NCBI GenBank assembly: GCA_020184695.1
Contig: JAANOX010000113.1
Coordinates: 1 to 64,000, forward strand
Length of the DNA: 64,000 nucleotides
Origin: Histomonas meleagridis 2922-C6/04-290x
Lineage: Eukaryota; Protista; Parabasalia
Reading direction: 5' to 3'
How positions within the stretch are numbered: position 1 is the stretch's first letter; every line of letters starts with the position of its first letter. A program made the position numbers and the translations under genes. Under the pieces are notes generated by a model. It was not told where the DNA came from and did not search any database. It worked only from the letters and a program-made list of their open reading frames with translations. Positions 1-9,904 of this stretch are shown here, piece after piece.

Positions 1-59
1 AGTGACTTTCGTTTCAGTTACTCTTTATTATCAGTTATTATGTGGAAATTAATCAGAAT

Positions 60-1029
60 TTATTTAATTATTTCTGTATGACCATTAAAAGATGCTAACA
101 TAAGTGCTGTTTCATATAATTTAAATAATTTTCAAATATTATTTTAAAATTTTACATTATTAAAATATATTTTAAACAAAACAAATAAATATTTTTAGCA
201 TTAATATCAATTCCTTTTTGTTCAAGAAATTTAACTATTTCTGATTTAGATGCTATCATAAGTGCTGTTTGAAATAATTTAAATAATTTCCAAATATTAT
301 TTTGAAATATAAAATTACTAAAATAAATTTTAAATAAAACAAATAAATATTTTTAGCATTAACATCAATTCCTTTTTGTTCAAGAAGTGATTTAACTATT
401 TCTGTATGACCATTTGAAGATGCCCAAATAAGTGCTGTTTCAGATAATTTAAATAAATTCCATATATTATTTCAAAATATAAAATTATTTAAATAAATTT
501 TAAATAAAACAAATAAAATATTTTTAGCATTAATATCAATTCCTTTTTGTTCAAGAAGTAATTCAACTATTTCAAAATGTTCATTTTCTAATGCACGTAA
601 AAGTGCTGTTTCAAATAATTTAAATAATTCCCAAATATTATTTTGAAATATAAAATTACTAAAATAAATTTTAAATAAAACAAATAAATATTTTTAGCAT
701 TAACATCAATTCCTTTTTGTTCAAGAAGTGATTTAACTATTTCTGTATGACCATTTGAAGATGCCCAAATAAGTGCTGTTTCAGATAATTTAAATAAATT
801 CCATATATTATTTCAAAATATAAAATTATTTAAATAAATTTTAAATAAAACAAATAAATATTTTTAGCATTAATATCAATTCCTTCTTGTTCAAGAAGTA
901 ATTTAACTATTTCTGTATGACCATTTGAAGATGCAAACATAAGTGCTGTTTCATATAATTTAAATAATTTTCAAATATTATTTTAAAATTTTACATTATT
1001 AAAATATATTTTAAATAAAACAAATAAAT
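60..1029 (-). repeat. Ankyrin cassette array 1: six ankyrin-coding segments separated by 77/78-nt spacers, about 170-bp period; continuation of the 991-2034 gene
   Basis: Minus-strand segments translate as ETALMFASSNGHTEIVKLLLEQEGIDINAKN-like units (93 nt; one 81 nt). Spacers at 114-190, 272-348, 442-519, 613-689, 783-859 and 953-1029. The last segment ends in TAA at 60-62. Confidence 0.9.
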
Positions 1030-2034
1030 ATTTTTAGCATTAATATCAATTCCTTTTTGTTTTAAAATATATTTAACAAGTTCCTTGTTTCCTGATCCTG
1101 CTGAAAATACCAATATATCATGCGGATTTGAATGCTCTTTAAGAAAATATTCAACTAAAAAAATATTTCCAATCATTGCTGCTTCATCAATAATATCATC
1201 ATTGATTTTCATTCCTTCTTTAAGTAAAAATGAAAATATTTCATAATTATGATATAAAATACAATGTCTTCCTAATTCTTCTAAATTATTAATTTCTTTT
1301 AATTTAAAATCACAAAGATATTTAAAGATATCATTTCGATGAAACAAAATTGCTGTTTCATATGCATATTCAAATGACGAATGATTTTGTTCACATAAAT
1401 GAATAATTTCTTCATTTCCACCTGCAACAGCATATTTACCTGTGTTTTCTACATTTGCACCATTTACAAGTAAATATTTAAAACATTTAATAGATCCAAA
1501 AAATGCAGCATAATCAATTAATGAAACTTTTTTCTTGTTAATAAAAGAACATCTTTCATAAAGTGATGGCTCAATATATTGATCGAAATCAAAATTTGTT
1601 TGTGATGATATTTCTTGAAGTTTTTCTATTTTATCATTTCGAATTATTTTCGAAATTTCATTCGGATTATGTCCTTCACTAATTAATTTCTTATGTAATT
1701 CCCAATCATTCTTTGAAAGTTCTTCATAATTTACAAAATCATTTTCCCTTAAATAGATTGCTAATTTATCTTTAGACATATAATGCACAAAATAAGCACT
1801 CTGGTTGTTTTTTACAATATTTGGTTCAAGAAAATTATGTTCAATCATAGCTTCAAGAAGATAAGATGATTCATTTGTATTAATATCATTAAGAAATCGC
1901 CCAAACACACCAAATATATTTGATTTGATTTTATTACTATCTTCAAATATTCTTATTTCTTTAATAATATTCAAAAATAAATCTGCGTTATTATTTTTAA
2001 TCACAAAGGAATAATATATCATTTGAATATTCAT
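991..2034 (-). CDS. DUF3447-type ankyrin-repeat protein, N-terminal part; the last ~13 codons of the ORF are read-through into the first spacer
   Basis: Motifs NDWELHKKLISEGHNPNEISKIIRND, LIDYAAFFGSIKCFKYL and YAVAGGNEEIIHLCEQ, then ankyrin repeats ending GIDINAKN-IYLFYLKYILIM*. Confidence 0.85.
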   Translation of the reverse strand: MNIQMIYYSFVIKNNNADLFLNIIKEIRIFEDSNKIKSNIFGVFGRFLNDINTNESSYLLEAMIEHNFLEPNIVKNNQSAYFVHYMSKDKLAIYLRENDFVNYEELSKNDWELHKKLISEGHNPNEISKIIRNDKIEKLQEISSQTNFDFDQYIEPSLYERCSFINKKKVSLIDYAAFFGSIKCFKYLLVNGANVENTGKYAVAGGNEEIIHLCEQNHSSFEYAYETAILFHRNDIFKYLCDFKLKEINNLEELGRHCILYHNYEIFSFLLKEGMKINDDIIDEAAMIGNIFLVEYFLKEHSNPHDILVFSAGSGNKELVKYILKQKGIDINAKNIYLFYLKYILIM

Positions 2035-2478
2035 GAAATCATAAGATAAAGGATGGATTTCATCAAATTTGTTGATTATTTAACCCAAAGATTTTGAGAA
2101 ATTCTCTTCATTCAAACCAAAAATTGCTTGGCTTATTGATAGAAGTGTTCCCCAGTCGCAATGTTCATTTGGTCTCATGTGGAAATTGACAATTTCAATT
2201 CTTAACGATTTTTAGGAAAAAAGAACCGATATATCAATTCAAATTTGAATTAAACAAAGCATTTAATCGTTTTATTCCCCGTCACTTTTTTCAATCTTGG
2301 TCAATTTACGTTAAGTCAAAGTGATAAACCTGAGATGACATTTTATTTATGTATAAATTTGTGAAGTATATTGATAATAAATAAAAATATATAACAAAAA
2401 GAATTCAATTGAACAATACTATAAATAATTAAATAATATTTCACAAATTTGCAGGAAGGCTTTTATTTATTAAAGTGT

Positions 2479-5004
2479 TTAAAGTTTATCGAGGTAGTGG
2501 TCGAGTGATGGGATATTTTCAGAGAGACCCTTCCTCTTACGGACAGCCTTAATTGTAGCGCTGAGTTGGTTTCCATCTTCGAATGCGTCACCTTGGAGAT
2601 TCTCCCAGTGGTCGAAGATCATTTGTGGGAATGCCTGACCTGATGTAGCTGATCTGAGATCTTTATCGAAGCCGAATGATTCCATAACAGGAAGATAAGC
2701 CTTGATGACCATCAATGGTGTACCTTCACGTTGTTGTTGATCGAATGCCTTTCCACGACGCTTGGACAAAACGCCGTGAACACCACCGCATACGGTCAAT
2801 GGTGCTGTGATTTCTGCTAAGTAGACTGGCTCGATCAATGTTGGCTCAGCTGTGTACTCTGAGGCGTAAAGGACGCGACGGCCGCATGGGACAATTTGGC
2901 CTCCGTTACGGTGTGATGCATCAGAGTGAAGATATACTTCGACGACGTTGAAGCGAACACCACGTAATGGCTCTTCGCAAAGGACACCGATTCTTGTAGC
3001 GTTTTGGAAGGCTGAGACAAGGTGCTCCTTAATTTCTTGTAAGTATTCTGCAGATTTGGTGGTATCGACGAGCAAGTTTGGACCTGTTGTGTCTGGGCCG
3101 AATGACCAAACACGACGTGCGTCTGTTTGCTCCCATCCGTACTTGTTGACAAGTTCCTTGGCGCGTGTCTTGTTATCCATACGGGATGTGATTTCGTTGG
3201 ATTCGACGGCCTTAAGCAAGTCGTCGCCTAATGGTTGTGCTTGCATCATGACACGGTTGAGCTTGTTGGCGGACTTGGCCATGCAGACAACTGATGATGT
3301 TTGTGTGACTGTTTCGCGGAAAGAAACGACTGGTGGTGAGCGCTTGATTGGAACACCTGCGTAATCTTCTTCGAGATCCTTGAGACAGATTTCAAGATGT
3401 AATTCACCTGCACCTGCAATGATATGTTCTCCTGTTTCTTCATGGGAGACTTGGATACATGGGTCGGACTTGGCGAGACGGTTCAAACCTTCGATAAGCT
3501 TTGGTAAGTCGGATGCTACCTTAGTTTCGACGGCGACACGAACGACTGGTGCGACAGAGAACTTCATAGCCTTGAGTGGGTATGCGACTTCTGATGTGGT
3601 GATAGTACCGGACTTAACGAGGTATTGATCGATACCGACTAATGAGATTGTGTTACCGCATGGGCAGTTTTGGATGTTTTCGACCTTACGACCCATCATA
3701 AGGATTGTACGTTGGATGTTGGTTACGTGTAAATCTTCTTTACTGCCTGGGACATAGTTAGCGCCCATAACACGGACACGTTGGCCTGTTGCAACTGTAC
3801 CTGAGAAGACACGTCCGAATGCATAGAAACGTCCACGTTCTGTTGTTGGAACCATCTTAGAGACGTAGAGCATTAATGGACCGTTTGGATCGCAGTCGCG
3901 GATAGCAATGGCGCATTCATCGTCCATTGGACCTGTGTAGAGTGTTTCGCAACGATACTTTTGGGCAACTGCTGGTGATGGTAAGTGAAGGACAATCATT
4001 TCGAGAAGTGCTTCAGCAGCTGGTAACCAACGGCGGTAGACAGCGGAAAGAAGTTCACGGCCTTCCATTGATTCTTCATCTTCCCTAAGCTTGATGCCGA
4101 GCTTCTTGAACATTTCCATGTACTTAGCCTTCTCGCCGGCCATGATAGCACGTGATAATGTGACGATTGGCTTAAGAACAAATTGGCAGAAGGTACGTTC
4201 GAGCATTTGGCCTTTGTCGTTTGTGCACTTGTGGAGGAATTTCTTGGATGATGCATCCCAGTAACGTTCACCCCAAAGTTGTGGCATGAATTTGGATTGT
4301 TGGACACCGAATTTGGCGGAATACATCTTGGCGAATTTGGTAAGTGTGAAGCCAAAGCCGTGGAGACCAGAGCCGAAGCAAACTGTACCCTTGGCTGGTG
4401 AAACTGTGAGATTACCCATTGGACCTTCTTCATCAGTATATGTGGCAATGATAACGTTGACATTATCAACGGATTTGGAGAATGTTTGGTACATTTCTTC
4501 TGGGTCAGAGTTTAATTCTAAAAGGCAACGATCAATCTTGTTAACAATAACGACTGGTTTGATACGCTCAGAAAGGGCTTGACGTAAAACAGTTTCTGTT
4601 TGTACGCAAACACCTTCGATACAATCGACAACAACAAGTGCACCATCTGTAACACGAAGAGCTGCTGTAACTTCAGCGGAGAAATCGATGTGTCCCGGAG
4701 AATCGATAAGGTTGATTAAGAAACCATTGCCTTCAGAATCTGCTGGAACTTCATCATCTGGCATTGTGTAGTAAAGAGAAACACCGGTGGATTTGATTGT
4801 GATACCACGTTCTTGTTCATCAACACGTGTATCTGTGTAACGCATTTCACCTGCTGCATCGTTAGAAATAATACCAGCACGGGATATAAGAGAATCGGTA
4901 AGTGTTGATTTACCGTGATCAACGTGGGCGATAACGGACATGTTACGGATGTTCCTCTTCTTGTCCATAACTGCACGAAGTTGTTCGATCGTGAAGTTAA
5001 CCAT
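2479..5004 (-). CDS. EEF2: Translation elongation factor 2
   Basis: [10 protein letters not shown] start, [11 protein letters not shown]1 motif, [13 protein letters not shown], diphthamide loop [12 protein letters not shown]-terminal HYLDKL. Confidence 0.99.
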   Translation of the reverse strand: MVNFTIEQLRAVMDKKRNIRNMSVIAHVDHGKSTLTDSLISRAGIISNDAAGEMRYTDTRVDEQERGITIKSTGVSLYYTMPDDEVPADSEGNGFLINLIDSPGHIDFSAEVTAALRVTDGALVVVDCIEGVCVQTETVLRQALSERIKPVVIVNKIDRCLLELNSDPEEMYQTFSKSVDNVNVIIATYTDEEGPMGNLTVSPAKGTVCFGSGLHGFGFTLTKFAKMYSAKFGVQQSKFMPQLWGERYWDASSKKFLHKCTNDKGQMLERTFCQFVLKPIVTLSRAIMAGEKAKYMEMFKKLGIKLREDEESMEGRELLSAVYRRWLPAAEALLEMIVLHLPSPAVAQKYRCETLYTGPMDDECAIAIRDCDPNGPLMLYVSKMVPTTERGRFYAFGRVFSGTVATGQRVRVMGANYVPGSKEDLHVTNIQRTILMMGRKVENIQNCPCGNTISLVGIDQYLVKSGTITTSEVAYPLKAMKFSVAPVVRVAVETKVASDLPKLIEGLNRLAKSDPCIQVSHEETGEHIIAGAGELHLEICLKDLEEDYAGVPIKRSPPVVSFRETVTQTSSVVCMAKSANKLNRVMMQAQPLGDDLLKAVESNEITSRMDNKTRAKELVNKYGWEQTDARRVWSFGPDTTGPNLLVDTTKSAEYLQEIKEHLVSAFQNATRIGVLCEEPLRGVRFNVVEVYLHSDASHRNGGQIVPCGRRVLYASEYTAEPTLIEPVYLAEITAPLTVCGGVHGVLSKRRGKAFDQQQREGTPLMVIKAYLPVMESFGFDKDLRSATSGQAFPQMIFDHWENLQGDAFEDGNQLSATIKAVRKRKGLSENIPSLDHYLDKL

Positions 5005-5011
5005 GAATCAA

Positions 5012-5016
5012 AGTGA
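5012..5016 (-). promoter_or_regulatory. Initiator (Inr)-like TCACT upstream of the EF2 ATG
   Basis: Minus strand ATTCACTTTGATTCATG matches the parabasalid Inr TCA(C/T)(T/A) close to the start codon. Confidence 0.6.
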
Positions 5017-5666
5017 ATCTGACACCTCTCAATTCCACGACCACGGCCACCAGCAATAACCGTTCGGAGAAAAAGTGGATGTAAAGTAATCAAATGTTGG
5101 TGCTCAAAAGTCCAAATTCTTGATAAAATCCAAGTTTTTCATTAATGCTTATATATTATTATTTAAAATTTGTAATAGAAATTTAAATAATGAGTCTCAT
5201 CATAATAAATTTTTTGATAATTTGATCTAATTTTGGAGTAAAATTCTTCTATCCAGAAATCGAGAGCGAACGTTAACGTAAATTTGTAGCTAAAGATTTT
5301 CTAAAATTTATGAATTTATTTATATGTTTGATTTAGGAAAGTATGTATAATGTTTAATTAAAAGTCATATTGATATAATTATGTCTAAGACACATTTGAT
5401 CAATTATAAATAAAAACAAATTATAGAACTTTGTATCCAGTATACCGGTGAAACAAAATGAAATTAAGTCTTCAAGGCCATAACTTCCATTTTGGAAACA
5501 TAATGACAACTGAAACAGAAAATTATTATGTTTCTTTAATTTTATTTATACTAATCAGCAATTAAATTTCCTTAAAAATGTAATTACATAAATAATTTAA
5601 ATTTTATTTATTACATAAGATCGAAATGTTTAATACCACTTAAAGTGTTGATAAACATTAAATATA

Positions 5667-7184
5667 TTATATAAAAGAAAACAACAGTGGGAATAATCCG
5701 CAGCTATTCAGCTCTTCGATTTCCATTTTTTCATTTTCTTTTTCTACGTTTTTGAAGACGATGTTTTTCGATGTCATTTCCATGTTCACTGTTTTCTGTT
5801 CGTTCATGTACAACTTAAAGTTCACATTTTGTATTTTGAACTCAGTTTTTATATCATTTTTCATATGAACAATTGTTACATTATTAATTTTCCCTTTTGC
5901 TTGTGTACCATTAAATTTCTTCTCTGATAATTCTTTCATCTTTTTCTTTAAATTATTATATTCAGAAATTGTCGTGTCAATTGTTATAATTCCTGGTATG
6001 TTAAATATGGAACAATTCGTTTCTGCTTTGGAATTCATATGATTCTCAATCGATATCGAGAACCCATTTGGATTTAAATAACTTCGTTTGATGGGATCAT
6101 TAGTTGGAATAGATAATGACATTATTTCGCCATCTTTTGATGATATAAATTCTTCGCCATTAATAAAGAATTGGATATTTGGTATTGTGATAAATGCTTT
6201 CGAAATAGATGGACAATCACTAAAATTATTACTGGTAATAGAAAGTCCGGAGTTCACAATTAAATCAATCATTATCTCTTCGATTTGATGATGTAATAAT
6301 ATGGAGCCTTTGACGGTGACCGTTAAGCGTGATGGGAACGATAGCATCGATGGCAAGTGATTGCAGACTTGGAGATTACGCCTGGTGACATCCCATGATT
6401 TATATGAGTCCGAAACAAGCTGCTTGATTACTGTTATGGCTTCCATAAGCTCAGGACTGAAATTTAAAGAAAGATCCTTGTGCAGAAATATATCTAACTC
6501 TGATTGATTGAATGGAAGATTCATCCGTTTCTTGATTGTAGTTCGGGCTGTGATAGGAAGAGATTCAATTATCATTCCAAGAAATTGATCAAAATTATGT
6601 TTATGCTCAACAATATAAAAACTTTCAAGATTAAGCTTAACTTCTTTGTGCACAAGTCCTGTTTGCGAAATAAGTTGACGAAGAGCCATAGAAGTGTCAA
6701 TAAGAAAATTCTCATTTGTGGCATACTGAACAAGCCCTGAAAACGATAAACAAACTGTGTAAGAATCCGTGACATTAAGATTGACTTTCAAGTTTTTGAC
6801 TTTGGTATATGATACGTCAAGTTCAGATTGAATTGAATCTGCTGGATATCCAAGAGATGGTATAGTATCAAGGTCATACTCCATTGCTGTGTCTTCCCCT
6901 GTTATTAAATCAACGTTTACTACAATTTGATCACAACTAATTCTGATGGGTGTTGTATCTGAATTGATGACTGATTTCTTTATGGAAAGTTTCGAAACAG
7001 AACCGCTGGTTAGTTTGAAAGGTCCAAAAGCGGATAGAAAAAACGAGAGATTTTTCGGATGAAGTTGAAGATTTTGCATCTTTAAATGTGCTTTCATCGT
7101 AGTTTTTGCATTGGCAGGATTATAGTTTGAGAACAAGAACGAAAATTGTGGGTGGACAAGTCTTGAAAACACAATGTTGCTCAT
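5667..7184 (-). CDS. Hypothetical protein with possible Chorein_N (VPS13/ATG2/BLTP-like) N-terminus
   Basis: First in-frame ATG gives MSNIVFSRL. The segment MQNLQLHPKNL...KLTSGSVSKLSIK...TTPIRISCDQIVVNV resembles the Chorein_N pattern, judged by eye only. Confidence 0.45.
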   Translation of the reverse strand: MSNIVFSRLVHPQFSFLFSNYNPANAKTTMKAHLKMQNLQLHPKNLSFFLSAFGPFKLTSGSVSKLSIKKSVINSDTTPIRISCDQIVVNVDLITGEDTAMEYDLDTIPSLGYPADSIQSELDVSYTKVKNLKVNLNVTDSYTVCLSFSGLVQYATNENFLIDTSMALRQLISQTGLVHKEVKLNLESFYIVEHKHNFDQFLGMIIESLPITARTTIKKRMNLPFNQSELDIFLHKDLSLNFSPELMEAITVIKQLVSDSYKSWDVTRRNLQVCNHLPSMLSFPSRLTVTVKGSILLHHQIEEIMIDLIVNSGLSITSNNFSDCPSISKAFITIPNIQFFINGEEFISSKDGEIMSLSIPTNDPIKRSYLNPNGFSISIENHMNSKAETNCSIFNIPGIITIDTTISEYNNLKKKMKELSEKKFNGTQAKGKINNVTIVHMKNDIKTEFKIQNVNFKLYMNEQKTVNMEMTSKNIVFKNVEKENEKMEIEELNSCGLFPLLFSFI

Positions 7185-7765
7185 TTGATAGTTGCTGCTT
7201 GCTTCTTGATATGAAATGATTAAAATTAATTCAATTTTTTTGAGAGTAAATTTCAGTTGTTTAAAAGACGTTTTTTGGCTGTTCAATCAACCTACCGATC
7301 AAAAAATATAGAATAAATGCGGTTATTATTGTGAAAAACCGGTTGGTTTCATCTAAAACAACTCTTTAAATAAACAACATTAAGAACAAAAACTTTTTGA
7401 AAAATAATTCTGTATTGTTAAGCGAAATTAAAACCTGTATTATGGTTATATTATTGCTAGAATAAAAATAACATGTAATTTTATTATCCAATCCACTTGG
7501 ATTCCAATCAATAATAAACTTAAAAACGAAGACTCAACAATCCTGCATCAAGAGTTTACAATCTTTATAGAAACATATAAATAAAAATAATTTTGTGTGA
7601 ATAATTTCGAAATATATAAATTTTTGAGAAATTTCATTTAAAAATACTATATTTATTAATTAATGATATATAAAAAATATGTCATGAAAATGTATAAGAA
7701 AACGCATTTTATTCCAAAGATATTTTTATTTGAAAAAATTTTATAACTGGTCGGACCTCTAATTA

Positions 7766-8920
7766 ATGGAAACCCCATCTTCGACGGAAATAAGAAAATT
7801 CTCGGACCCAAAATACTGTCATTCGATTAAACAAGTTGTATTCAACTTAGACTCCAATAACATTCATTTAACTGTTCATGAAACAATGGAATTATTTGAT
7901 GAAAATTTTCCAAATCATGTCAATACCATCATTTGTCATTGTATTTATTCTTCTTTTCTTGTACAAAGGAAAGATCCAAATATATATTTTATATATTTAA
8001 AAGCACTCCATGATGCTGAAGAAGAAATTATCCAACGTGATCCACAAGTAATAACCATATTTCTTCGATTTATTCTAACTAAAAAAACAAATGAATCTAA
8101 ATACCTTCTTTATTTTATGTATGAAAACAATCTTATTTCTCTTGATTTAATTCCTTATCGTAAAAACATTTATTTTTTACATCTGATGACAGAAAGCGAA
8201 ATTAAAATTTTCAATCTTCCATCAATATTTAAACTTGAAGATCTTTGTAAAAATAATTGGGAACTTCATCGGAAATATATTTTAGAAGGAAATCCATCAG
8301 AAATATCCAAAATCATTCGCGAAGATGATGTTGAAAAACTTCAAAATATTATATCACAAACAAACTTTAACATTAATCAAAAAATCATTAAATCGCCATA
8401 TGAAAGATATACACTGATAAATAATGATGATGTAACACTCATTGATTATGCTGCATTTTATGGGTCCATTAAATGTTTTAAATTATTGTTATTAAATGAG
8501 GCAGAGATTAATTGTGTTAACACAGGTAAATATGCAGTCGCTGGTGGTAATCTCGAAATATTTCAAATCTGTGAACAAAATAAAGTAATTTTCGATGGAT
8601 CATTTGAAACTGCAATCCAATTCCATCGAAACGATATCTTTCGTTATCTTTTCGAAAATAATTACGTATGGAAAAAAGAAACAAAAGATACGAATGCTGA
8701 ATTCGATCATAGAACAGCCAGATTTTTAAATGTTGTCCCTCCAAATAAAAACGAAGTAACTAAAAGAATGAAATTAATTTCTACATATGGGATAATGTGT
8801 ATTAAATATAATAATTACGAGATCTTGTCCTTTTTAGAGGAAAATGGTTTAAATGTTAATGGATTGTTAGGTCGTCCAAGTAGAACTGTAAAAAAGGGTT
8901 ATGTACCATGGGAAGAGTAA
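7766..8920 (+). CDS. DUF3447-type ankyrin-related protein
   Basis: NNWELHRKYILEGNPSEISKIIREDD, LIDYAAFYGSIKCFK, YAVAGGNLEIFQICEQ; paralogous to 991-2034. Confidence 0.8.
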   Translation: METPSSTEIRKFSDPKYCHSIKQVVFNLDSNNIHLTVHETMELFDENFPNHVNTIICHCIYSSFLVQRKDPNIYFIYLKALHDAEEEIIQRDPQVITIFLRFILTKKTNESKYLLYFMYENNLISLDLIPYRKNIYFLHLMTESEIKIFNLPSIFKLEDLCKNNWELHRKYILEGNPSEISKIIREDDVEKLQNIISQTNFNINQKIIKSPYERYTLINNDDVTLIDYAAFYGSIKCFKLLLLNEAEINCVNTGKYAVAGGNLEIFQICEQNKVIFDGSFETAIQFHRNDIFRYLFENNYVWKKETKDTNAEFDHRTARFLNVVPPNKNEVTKRMKLISTYGIMCIKYNNYEILSFLEENGLNVNGLLGRPSRTVKKGYVPWEE

Positions 8921-9904
8921 AATGTGTTTTATTAATATTTTAAGTTTTACGTATGCATTTAATTTTTGCTAGATAAAAAATATTTTTATTTTTAAATGTT
9001 TCAAATTATCTGTAATTTATCTTTTACTATTTCTAAATAAACTGAAGATATATTTGTATTTATAAATGTTTTGAATAATTTATTTAATATTTTCAAAATG
9101 TCATATTATAAAAAATGTGATTCTAAAACATTCACGAATTTAAAACATAGATGACACTCTCATAAAATGAAAATATTTTCTCTTGTTCTAGAAATATTTG
9201 GGAATAAGAAAAAATAAATTAATTTTAAATCCTTGTTCAATAGCGACAATAAATTTTCATTATCAATGGAATTAAATTATACAAAAAATCAATCTTCGAA
9301 AAAAATAAAATCTTTGATTTTATGGAAAAACATGATTTCAATTATTTGTCACATGAAATTTTGACTATGGCCATAGAAGGAACTTCCCTATTTTTTTTAA
9401 ATCATTTTGAAAGATAAGAAATAATTTACAGAATATATAAAAAATGATTAATTATGAAAAATGTTTAAGATTGGCTAAAATGACTATAATAAAATATTTA
9501 TGAGTGTATTCATATTTTGACTTAAAACCGATTAATCAACTGTTAATGAAAGAAAGTGGTAGAATTCTCTTTTGAATATTTCGATATTGTCTATTAAATT
9601 TTCCTTTAACCTTTGCACAAATGTATGGCTTAACTTACACATACAGAGAGCGGAATGGCCGTATAGTGGATTGAATGGCCGTATAGTGGATTTGTGATAG
9701 CACATAGAATTCATATCATCATGTGAACAGTTATGTAGAAAAAGTGGGTTTCCGATAGAAACGATACAATAATTGAGAGGAAAATGTGAATTAATACATT
9801 CAATTTCACTATACGGCCAATTGAGTAAAAACGTTATGTTTTGTATACTTTACATTTGATTTTTTGATAGAATTGATAACAGTTCGATAGAATTATTTTT
9901 AAGA

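Noticed and set aside
613-690. Excision between TTATTTG direct repeats at the two spacer ends
   Set aside because: It removes 69 nt and leaves a frameshift, and the repeat is not conserved in diverged copies.
783-859. Canonical GT-AG intron using the GT at spacer position 9 and the AG in GAAACAG
   Set aside because: The join is out of frame, the GT is missing in several copies (e.g. 61507-61583, 63069-63145), and there is no parabasalid branch-point motif.
953-1029. -1 ribosomal frameshift at the in-frame T TTA AAA heptamer in the spacer, which would fix the 77-nt phase
   Set aside because: The -1 frame contains TAA and TGA in this spacer and TGA in 783-859, so it cannot be the general mechanism, although it is open in 272-348.
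60-1029. CRISPR-like repeat-spacer array
   Set aside because: Both components are homologous between units, the GC-richer part encodes ankyrin helices, there are no cas genes, and the context is eukaryotic.
2835-5093. Several overlapping ORFs within EF2
   Set aside because: Alternative-frame or antisense by-products of biased codon usage, with no recognisable motifs.
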